Shown one piece after another: positions 53,117-64,000 of a stretch of DNA of 64,000 bases (its first letter is position 1; each line of letters begins with the position of its first letter). Both the position numbers and the translations under genes were made by a program. A model generated the notes under the pieces. The model worked only from the letters and a program-made list of their open reading frames with translations. It did no database searches and was not told where the DNA came from. The stretch is taken from the NCBI GenBank assembly GCA_951406725.2, contig OX597828.1, positions 38,502,001 to 38,566,000 of the forward strand, read 5' to 3'. This stretch comes from Octopus vulgaris. Taxonomy: Eukaryota.

Positions 53117-54349
53117 TTATTAACGCATCGGGCAAAATGCTTTGGTGACATTTCTCTGGCTCTTTACATTCTAAGTTCAAATCCCGCTGAGGAAGACTTT
53201 GCCTGTCATCCTTTCGTTGTCAATAAAATTAGTTCCGTCTGAACACTGAGGCCGATGTAATCGACTTCTTTTTCTCAGAAATTGTTGGCCTGGTGCCAAA
53301 ATTAGGAATATACAATAGAAGTAGTCTGAGATTAAACTGGCTATCTATATATCATATTCAATGTAAACACATCTATAACGGCTTTGTATGTTGCTTAGAA
53401 ACGTCGTGCGTTCGATTCATAGTCTCCAGCTGTAACAAGTCTGTGTTACAAAGAGGGAAAAATCAATGGTTTGCTGCTTCTGGGATGCAGGCTAGGACTT
53501 GGTCAACATCCGGCTGGGCCAATTGGGTGAATGGTGTCTGATCTTAAAAGACCCGAAACTTTCTGAGATCCCAGAAACATTATTGGCGATGCATTGCAGC
53601 GTATCCGTGAGATGTATCGTAAAACTATATACCTATATCTACACACACACACACACGTACACAGAGAGACATGGTTGTGTTGTTAAGAAGTTCCCTTTAC
53701 AACCACGTTGTTTAGTTCAGTCCCACTGCGCCTTGTCTAAGCCTATCTATGTAGGTCATTTCTCTTTCAGGTCCTCTATAAACATAAGCCCGTCCGTCCA
53801 ACAGTTTACAGTCACATGAAAATATCGAGTGCTTAGTAAGCATTCGCTCATAAGATATTGTTCTCCTCACTTTTGAAAACTTGTTTGATGTTACATTATA
53901 GTTTTATATGCGTTATTAATGTGATAACAGACGACAAAAGGCAGGCGCTTGAATGCAGTCGTTCGACAGGCGTGAAACAGCTATCGAACTCCCTTAAATC
54001 ACATCCTTCTGTCAGCTTTAAAATAAAGGGAAGGACATGTTAAATAAAGTACGGTCTTGGATATTTCGGATTGACTAGATCGAACATAGACGAGCTATTT
54101 TCTAGAAGCGGGACACATGAGACATGGCTCGTCAACACGTGAAACGCAATGCTAAAAAAAATTCAAAGTCATCTTTCATGGAGCGTGTCATTCAGAAAGC
54201 TCCGTTGGCTGCAATTTTCTATAACCGTACTAGACGGTATGATTATAGGGTCTGTTCAATAAGGGTTGATTTAAGGATCTAAACAACAATAAGCTCTGAT
54301 TCATCCATCTTTCCGTTTTAAGATAGAGCCTGTTGATATAACTATTTCT

Positions 54350-54747
54350 AAGGCAGCGAGCTGGCAGAAACGTTAGCACGCCGGGCGAAATGCCTAGCGG
54401 TATTACGTCTGTCCTTACGTTCTGAGTTCAAATTCCGCCGAGGTCGACTTCGCCTTTCATCCTTTCGGGGTCGATAAATTAAGTACCAGTTACGCGCTGG
54501 GGTCGATGTAATTGACTTAATCCGTTTGTCTGACCTTGTTTGTCCCCTCTGTGTTTAGCCCCTTGTGGGTAGTAAAGAAATAGGTATTTCGTCTGCCGCT
54601 ACGTTCTGAGTTCAAATTCGGCCGAGGTCGACTTTGCCTTTCATCCTTTCAAAGTCGATAAATTAAGTACCAGTTGTGTACTGAGTCGATCTAATCGACT
54701 GGCTCCCTCCCAAAAAATTTCAGGCCTTGTGTCCAGAGTAGAAAAGG
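54350..54747 (+). mobile_element. Dimeric SINE B
   Basis: aaggcagcgagctggcag..., tail 1 (ccccttgtgggtagtaaagaaatagg), repeated body, tail 2 (aaatttcaggccttgtg..agtagaaaag). Confidence 0.88.
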
Positions 54748-55622
54748 ATATAACTATTTCTCTGAAAGCTTCCAGTTGATAAAATATTGCTGATCTTTAA
54801 CATCAATGAAACATTTTCTCTGGATTCATCTCAAGAAACCCAAATTTTGGTACCAATTTCGGTAACAGGAAATGCATTCTGGGATATTGTCTTCTTTTAA
54901 TAAGAACGTTCCGGCTGCCATTCATTTAAAAATTCTAATATAAAACTTCGACCACCCTATCTTCTAATATAAGATAATAAATTTCATCGATGCAAATGTA
55001 TATATTCATTTGTAGCACCCATTACTTTGAATAGTGGTGACAATTAGAGTATTTTTTTTATTTGGAAAGCAATTTTGGAGACGGAAATCTGTTTACGTCT
55101 ATCAACTAAAACTAGTTTTTATCCAGCTGTTTTACAATGTACGGAATAATTTCCGGATCTTTTCTGTTTGATAGACGGAATTTTCTAGTTAACTAAAAAA
55201 TTTGAAAAAGATCTTAATTTCCTATGTAGAAATTTTCATAGTCGTCAGAAAAAATATATATAGTTACGTCAATGCTGTCTGATTGTTACACACTCCCAAG
55301 CAGTTTTGTAAATAAAATAAAAGATCACAGTGCCAGTTAATGCTATAACAAACATATGCTCCGTGGAATATTTCCTGTTAAAATATCTGTTTTGTATCAA
55401 AATGTATGATTGCCTCTATGTGTGTGTGTGTATGCGCGCGTGTATGTGAATGTGTTTATGTTCATATTCTATACGTGGGCGGGTGGCTGTATGAACGGAT
55501 GTATGAGCATGCGTATGTATGGGTGGATGTATGTATGTGTGGATAATTCATTGTATAAAGTAATATGTATTACATTTTAAACAAATTGATGTCACTACTT
55601 CCCTCTCTCACTGTTTGTCTGC

Positions 55623-55668
<46 letters not shown>

Positions 55669-56949
55669 ATGTATGTAATACGCATATATGTATGTAAACA
55701 AACACACACCAACCTACGCGTATCAGTTCTTATGTAAATATAAGAGATTGCGCGCGCGTGTGTGTCCGCTCGCTCGCGCGCGCGTGCTTCCATACATTCT
55801 CTTCTATTTTCCTCTTCAGTCGTCTTTCTCTCCTAAGTCCGCCATCGATTCTGTAAAGCAACCCACAACAGGACTTCCAACAGCCACGATAGACATAGTC
55901 ATCTCCTTTAATATTAGTGGTAGAGGTGAATAATATCAGCTGTTATTGTTGTTGTTGCTATTGTTGATGATGATTATGATCATGATGATGATGATGATGA
56001 TGAGGACGACGATGATGGTGGTGGTGGTGGTGATAGTTGATAATATGATGATGCTGGTGATGATGACGGTGGTAGTAGTGGAGGTGATGATGACGACGAT
56101 GATGTTGGTGATGATGATGATGATGAGGATGATATGATAATATTCATGATGGTGATACTAGTGGCAGTAGTACCAATTGTTTGCTTTGTCGGCCATGAAA
56201 CTGCTATAAATCAGACGACAATAAATGGCTGATGGATGGAGGGAAGACGAACTGTTGATGGTGAAGATAAAGGGAAGAGAGATGGCGTGAGATGGTGATC
56301 TAGAACGAAAATAGTATAAACTTAAGAAAAAGGGAGTTTCCTCTCCATACAGTCGCTGGACATTCAAGAAATGGCAGCCAAATCTCCCTCATATTGCTTT
56401 TGATTATAGGTTTCCATGATGAAATGAGCAACACAGATGACAATGAGGGAGCTTTTATGCAGTCGCTCTATATGCTAGAGCTAGCAGCCAAATCTAGTTC
56501 AAATTATATCCATCCTCTTGATCCTATCGTCTTAATAAAAGAAGAATATATTAGAAAGTGCAGTCTTATATACATATAAGATTAAAACAAGAAAAACAGG
56601 GTGGTCAGAGCTGGAATGTCTTTCTTTACAATGTCTGCTCCATCAGAACTGGTTATCTGGAGCTAAAAGAACGTGCTGCAGGTGGTCTACGTGACTTGTA
56701 AATAGAGTCGTCCATTGTTTATTTCTACAAACATATTGCACGTTAAGATAAGGTGTTCATGTCTACCTGTACATACAGTATTGGCTTCAAAAAAAAAAGG
56801 TAAAAAACAGAAAACAATTAGAGATATATGCACTGCGCAGCACCTTGGCCAAGAATGGAATCTAGTGAATGGATAAACGGAAAGTGCGTGGAAGCTCGTC
56901 GCATACATATACATATGGACGTGCACGCACTACACAAACACGTACATAA

Positions 56950-57023
<74 letters not shown>

Positions 57024-57322
57024 AATTAAATAAAAACACAACAAACGGAAAATATGACACACCCGATGGCAAGTGGGTCCTAGCGCCATTAGAATCCATA
57101 TATGGGGGCCCATGTTTGTATCTAAGGGGCCTACCCACTCAAGTTTAAAATTTTTTTATTCATTCCTGGAAGAATGCATTTTTTTCAGCCTGGCTGTGTT
57201 TATAGACAGTTGAAAAGAATACTTTTAACAACAACAACAACAACAAAATTAAATACTAGCATTGTAGTTGCAGGTGGACCCCCTTAGTCTCCTGGCAACT
57301 AATATTTTTAGAGCCAGCACGC

Positions 57323-57360
<38 letters not shown>

Positions 57361-57477
57361 CAAAAACCGTGTAGTAAATAAATATACAAATATATACTAA
57401 ATACACAGACGAACAGAAAACACAGGTCACCAACTTTTCTTCAGTTATAGAACAGAGGGTCAAGCGCAATTTCGGCC

Positions 57478-57541
<64 letters not shown>

Positions 57542-59386
57542 TCACCATTATCATCGTCGTCGTCGTCAGCAAAATCATTCTTTAAGGTCCGTTTTCCATG
57601 CTGGCGTGGGTTGGACGGTTTGACCAGAGCTTGCAAGCTTGCACTGCACCAAGTTCCAATCTGATTTGGCTTGGTTTCTACAGTTGGATGCCCTTTCTAA
57701 CGCCAAGTACTTTACAGTGTGTGCTGGGTGCCTTTACATGGCACCAGCACGAGTGGTTGAAGAAAGTGAGAGAAAACAACCCTCGACACATTTGGTTGGA
57801 GTTACATGTATTTAATAATTTGACTCAACTGGGCATTACTTAAAGTTTCATGGTAGTTGGACACATCCACCTCTTCAGATGTTCAAAGACAGATATGTGT
57901 GTGAGTGTATATGAGTGTACGTGTGTGTATATCTTTGTGTTTCTCCCGACCACCATACTTACATCTCTTAGCAACCAGTCTTAGTTTGTTTACCACCCTG
58001 TGACTTAGCAGTGCAGTAAAGTAAAACTGATAGAATAAGAACCAGACTTTAAAAAAAAAAATAAAAGTATTATGGTTCAATTTGTTCAAACTAAGTCCTT
58101 CAAGGTAGTGCCCCAGCATGGCCACAGCCCAGGGACTGAAACAGGTAAAAGACTAAAAGTACATGGTGCAGCAGAAAGGTTAGTAAAAACAAACTCATGA
58201 AGATACACGAAAAAACGATACTCTCCACTCCAGGCTATGGTGAGTACTACTTGAAAGAGAGAAAAAGAAATGGTATTTAATGAACTTTGTAGAAATACAA
58301 AATTTTTTCATTTATCTTCATGTGTTTGTTTTTTATTAACCTTTGAAATTAGGGTGACCTTTCTGCCGCACCCTGTAGTTATAGCACTGAAATAAAATAC
58401 TGTTAACCCAGTGAACTGCTAAGTATATATCAATAGTTACAGACGTCTTTACATTCTGAGTTCAAATGCCGCTGAGGTCAGCTATCCCTTTCAGGGGTCG
58501 ATAAATTAAGTACCAGTTGTGTACTAAATCAACTGGTTCCCTCTCCCAAAATTTTGTGCCTTGTGCCTAGAGTAGAAAAGAATATATCAATAGTTATCAC
58601 AATTGATAGGTAAAAATGGTAATTCGGTCAATAAGGAAATCCCAACACGGGATTGAAACTAGTCCAGCTGATCCCTCATTTCTGGAAGGCATGGCTATAG
58701 GTACTGACGTGGCTGTGTGTTTGAGAAGTTTGCTTCCTAACTGCATGGTTTGGGGTTCATTTCCACTGCATGGCACCTTGAATTAGTGTCTTTTACAATA
58801 CCCCCAGACTAACCAAAGCTTTGTAAATGGATTTGGAAGCCAGAACTTAAAGTAACCGGATACTCTTTCCTCGCACTCTTATAACCACTCACAGCTTTTG
58901 ATCCACTGCCTTATATCATCTCTTGCTCCTTAAGGGCTTTGCTCTCATACCATATCACTACCATCCTGCCTTTACTCCAGATACACCCATCCACCTTCAT
59001 ATAAACGTGGGGTAGCTATGTACCTTCTCTGTAGCAAGACACTTCTTCTGATCCTTGGCATAAAAATTACCTTTCCACTCTCTCAAATACTGACCACCAC
59101 CTTTTAGCAGAGAGGCCCTTTTCCTTTCCCCACTGATTTCCTTTCTTCATCTTTTTCTGCCTTGCAAGTTACTTGGCAACCTCACTAGTGCTGGTGGCAC
59201 AAAAAGGAAAGAAAAAAAGGCACCCAGTACAAAATGCAATGTGGTTGGTATTAGAAAGGGCATCCAGCTGTAAAAACCATGCCCAAGCTGACATGGAGCC
59301 CCATGCAGCCCTGCAACTCACCTGATCTTATCAAACCATGCAATGCCAGCATGGAAAATGGACATTAAACGATGATGATGATGATA

Positions 59387-59422
<36 letters not shown>

Positions 59423-60372
59423 GTGATGGTAATGATGATTACGATGATGGTGTATATTGCCATCTCTTTTACTCTTTTACTTGTTTCAGTCATTTGACTG
59501 CGGCCCTGCTGGAGCACCGCCTTTAGTCAAGCAAATCAACCCCAGGACTTATTCTTTGTAAGCCTTTTGCTGAACCACTAATTTACAGGGACGTAAACAC
59601 ACCAGCATCGGTTGTCAAGCAATGTTGAGGGGGGACAAACATGTACACACACACATACATATCTATATATATATATATATATATATACATATATACGATG
59701 GGCTTCTTTCAGTTTCCGTCTACCAAATCCACTCACAAGGCTTTGGTCGTTCCGAGGCTATAGTAGAAGACAGTTGCCCAAGGTGCCACGCAGTGGGACT
59801 GAACCCTAAACCATGTGGTTGGTAAGCAAGCTACTTACCACATAGCCACTCCTATGCCTATGTATACATATTTGATATGATCCACAGATTGCAATCTTAA
59901 TTTAGTACTGTTTCAATTGTGTATACTGAGTTTTTTTCCGCAGCCTGGCAAGCTTCTATAATATGTATGTATGGAATCGTATATATATGTCGAGGTATTC
60001 ATTTCATTAAAGCTAATGACAATTGAGAGCAATGACATAGATGACATTGACAAGCTCCCCCCCCCTTTCCCCCCCCCCCCGACAAAGCCGGAACATGTCT
60101 GCCGTTCTCATGTGTCAACGCAGTGCTGATGTCTCTCTCTCTCTCTATTTCTCTCTGATAGTCTATTAGTATTTTACTTGTTTCAGTCATTTGACTGTGG
60201 CCATGCTGGAGCACCGCCTTTAGTCGAGAGCAAATCGACTCCAGGACTAATTCTTTGTAAGCCGAGTACTTATTCTATTGGTCTCTTTTCGCCAAACCAC
60301 TAAGTTATGGGGATGTAAACACACCAGCATTGGTTGTCAAGTGATGATGGGGGGACAAACGCAGACGCACAA

Positions 60373-60413
<41 letters not shown>

Positions 60414-60559
60414 TGGGCTACTTTGTCATGTCTACACTTGTACTCTTTCTGCGCACAACTTTCACAAGCTCTAACTATATGAGTCACACTTTCAAACTTC
60501 TTCCCACACATTCTGCTTTTATTATCATTATTATTATTATTAATTATTATTATTATTAT

Positions 60560-60592
<33 letters not shown>

Positions 60593-60599
60593 CAGCAGC

Positions 60600-60657
<58 letters not shown>

Positions 60658-61662
60658 TTATCATCATCATTACTATTATTATTATCATTTACTGGGAGAG
60701 CAGCACATGCCATCAAAGTGACACTGGGGTGCTTATATATAAAGCCCAATACACCCATCATGACTACCCATCTGGTAAGGTTACACCAGGCACATGCCTC
60801 AAAACCATATGTGGACAACATGGTGATCTCAAAACAAGATAAACAGCATATGACTTTGCAGATGGAGATCACTTAGAATTTTTTTAAGTTCAGTAGCCCA
60901 TCCCACTCAAAAGGTCCCTGAATAATGTTTAAGGACGATGAACGAAACATCGATGTTTCAAGAGCTGAATTATCCAAACCTCAAAAAATTCATCTCAACA
61001 CATGGCTATGATACTCCTCCACTACTTCTGCTTGTGATCAGAGATGCACATATTGTCAGCCACTAATGGACTTGCTCCATTGGTTAAGGTCAAGCAACTG
61101 ATAAGCAAATCTGTGATATTGCGCAGAATGTTTGCTGTAGCCCATCTTTTATACCAAGACAAAACAATGTACAGGATAACACTTCCAATCAGTTAAGATC
61201 AGAAGCCACGCCTCATATTTTTGTTATTATTATGCACACACACATTATATATACATATATATATATACTTTACTTTTTTTTTTTACTTATTTTACTTTTT
61301 TACTTGTTTCAGTCCTTTGACTGGGGCCATGCTGGAGCACCGCCTTTAATCGAGCAACTCGACCCCGGGACTTATTCTTTTGTAAGCCCAGTACTTATTC
61401 TATCGGTCTCTTTTGCCGAACCGCTAAGTGACGGGGACGTAAACACACCAGCATCGGTTGTCAAGCAATGCTACGGGAACAAACACAGACACACAAACAC
61501 ACACACGCATATATACATATATACGACGGGCTTCTTTCAGTTTCCGTCTACCAAATCCACTTACAAGGCTTTGGTCGGCCCGGGGCTATAGCAGAAGACA
61601 CTTACCCAAGGTGCCACGCAGTAGGACTGAACCCGGAACCATGTGGCTGGTAGACAAGCTAC

Positions 61663-61734
<72 letters not shown>

Positions 61735-62284
61735 ATGTATGTATGTATGTATGTATGTATGTATGTATGTATGTATATAGATAGATAGATATACACATAC
61801 ACACACACAAACATATATATATATATATGAATATATATACACACACATGAGTAATGATAATATGAGGACGATGAAATACAGATTGTGAATGAGCATGTGT
61901 GTGTGAGCATGTGTGTATGTGTGTTCGTGTGTGCGTATGTGTGTGTGTTTATGCATACTCAATAACACTGGGCATCAAGTGAAGTTCACACCGTTTTGCT
62001 AAAGAAAATACACGGAATCGTTCTGTGCCAATATTTGTTTAGCATGAAGTTATTTGTTTTGAAAAAAAGCAGCAACAACATTGACCACAATTTTATACAT
62101 AGTTTCTGTGGGAATTACATGACCAACACCTACCAAATATGTAATCCAATAACCTCAGAAACCGAAGAAAAACAAGCAATAAATAAATAAATAAATAATA
62201 ATTCATTCTACTGATTGTTTTCAAGTAATTTAGTGCGTAAATTCCTTGAAAATTCTTATTATTAGAGTCAATATGTGTATTGAC

Positions 62285-62289
<5 letters not shown>

Positions 62290-62319
<30 letters not shown>

Positions 62320-63456
62320 TGTATGTATGTATGTATGTATGTATGTATGTATGTATGTATGTGTATGTATGTATGTATGTGTGTATGTATGCATGCATGT
62401 ATGTATGTATGTATGTATGTATGTATGTATGTATGTATGTATGTATGTATGTATGTATGTATGTATGTATGTATGTATGTATGTATGTATGCATGTATGT
62501 ATGTATGTATGTATGCATGTATGTACGTATGTATGTATATATGCATATATGTATGCATGTATGTATGTATGCATGCATGCATGTATGTATGTATGTATGT
62601 ATGTATGTATGTATGTATGCATGTATGTATGTATGTATGTATGTATGTATGTATGTATGTATGTATGTATGTATGTATGTATGTATGTATGTATGTATGT
62701 ATGTATGTATGTATGCATGTATGTACGTATGTATGTATATATGCATATATGTATGCATGTATGTATGTATGTATGTATGTATGTATGTATGTATGTATGT
62801 ATGTATGTATGTATGTATGTATGTATGTATGTATGTATGTATGCATGTATGTATGTATGTATGTATGTATGTATGTATGTATGTATGCATGTATGTATGT
62901 ATGTATGTATGTATGTATGTGTGTATGTATGTATGTATACTTGTATGTATGTATGTATGTATGTATATGTATGTATGTATATGTATGTATGTATATGTAT
63001 GTATGTATGTATATGTGTGTATGTATGTATGTATGTATGTATGTATGTATGTATGTATGTATGTATGTATGTATGTATGTATGTATGTATGTATGTATGT
63101 ATGTATGTATGTATGTATGTATGTATGTATGTATGTATGTATGTATGCATGTATGTATGCATGCATGCATGTATGTATGTATGTATGTATGTATGTATGT
63201 ATGTATGTATGTATGTATGTATGTATGTATGTATGTATGTATGTATGTATGCATGCATGCATGTATGTATGTATGTATGTATGTATGTATGTATGTATGT
63301 ATGTATGTATGTATGTATGTATGTATGTATGTATGTATGTATGTATGTATGTATGTATGTATGTATGTATGTATGTATGTATGTATGTATGTATGTATGT
63401 ATGTATGTATGTATGTATGTATGTATGTATGTATGTACGTATGTATGTATATATGC

Positions 63457-63489
<33 letters not shown>

Positions 63490-63548
63490 TGTATGTATGT
63501 ATGCATGTATGTATGTATGCATGTATGTACGTATGTATGTATATATGC

Positions 63549-63581
<33 letters not shown>

Positions 63582-63710
63582 TGTATGTATGTATGTATGT
63601 ATGTATGTATGTATGTATGCATGTATGTACGTATGTATGTATATATGCATATATGTATGCATGTATGTATGTATGTATGTATGTATGTATGCATGCATGC
63701 ATGCATGTAT
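62290..63710. repeat. ~1.4-kb (ATGT)n satellite with a recurring variant block
   Basis: Direct reading of the sequence. It accounts for all six long ORFs at 62093-63895. Confidence 0.97.
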
Positions 63711-64000
63711 GGAGGGCTGGCTGGCTGGCTGGATGGATAGATGGATGTATGCATGTATGTTTGTATATATGCATCTGTATATATGTATGCATATATATGT
63801 GTGGGTGTATGTCATCATCATCATCATCGTCATTGTCATTTAATGCCCGCTTTCCATGTTGGCATGGGTTGGACGGTTTGACTGAGGATTGGTGAGCCAG
63901 AAGGCTGCACCAGGCTCAATCTGATCTGGAAAAATTTCTACAGCTGGATGCCCTTCCTAACACCAACCACTCCAAGAGTGTAGTGGGTGCTTTTTCATGC

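Noticed and set aside
62093-63895. Six ORFs of 486-553 aa
   Set aside because: They are translations of (ATGT)n, which has no stop codons.

Overview
AT-rich, microsatellite-saturated animal DNA, read by eye. The SINE repertoire and repeat density suggest an octopus genome (inference). I can support only one host gene: two in-phase spliced exons (912-1549, 6137-6418, + strand) encoding a YqaJ/lambda-exonuclease-like PD-(D/E)XK nuclease. The rest is repeats: several tRNA-derived SINE families, a 5'-truncated CR1/L2-group LINE sharing its 3' end with the commonest SINE, decayed Tx1/L1 and mariner fragments, non-autonomous Helitrons, and piggyBac, hAT, mariner and Merlin-like MITEs. The most striking unannotated signal is a set of short, often palindromic elements in (TA)n tracts. 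Several of them, unrelated in sequence, carry minimal type I hammerhead ribozyme motifs: one canonical (CUGAUGA...GAAAC-AUGU-GUC) and others with U3-A8, G3-C8 or U4C core variants. This fits non-autonomous Penelope-like or retrozyme-like retroelements. Almost all ORFs in the supplied track are microsatellite or SINE artefacts.
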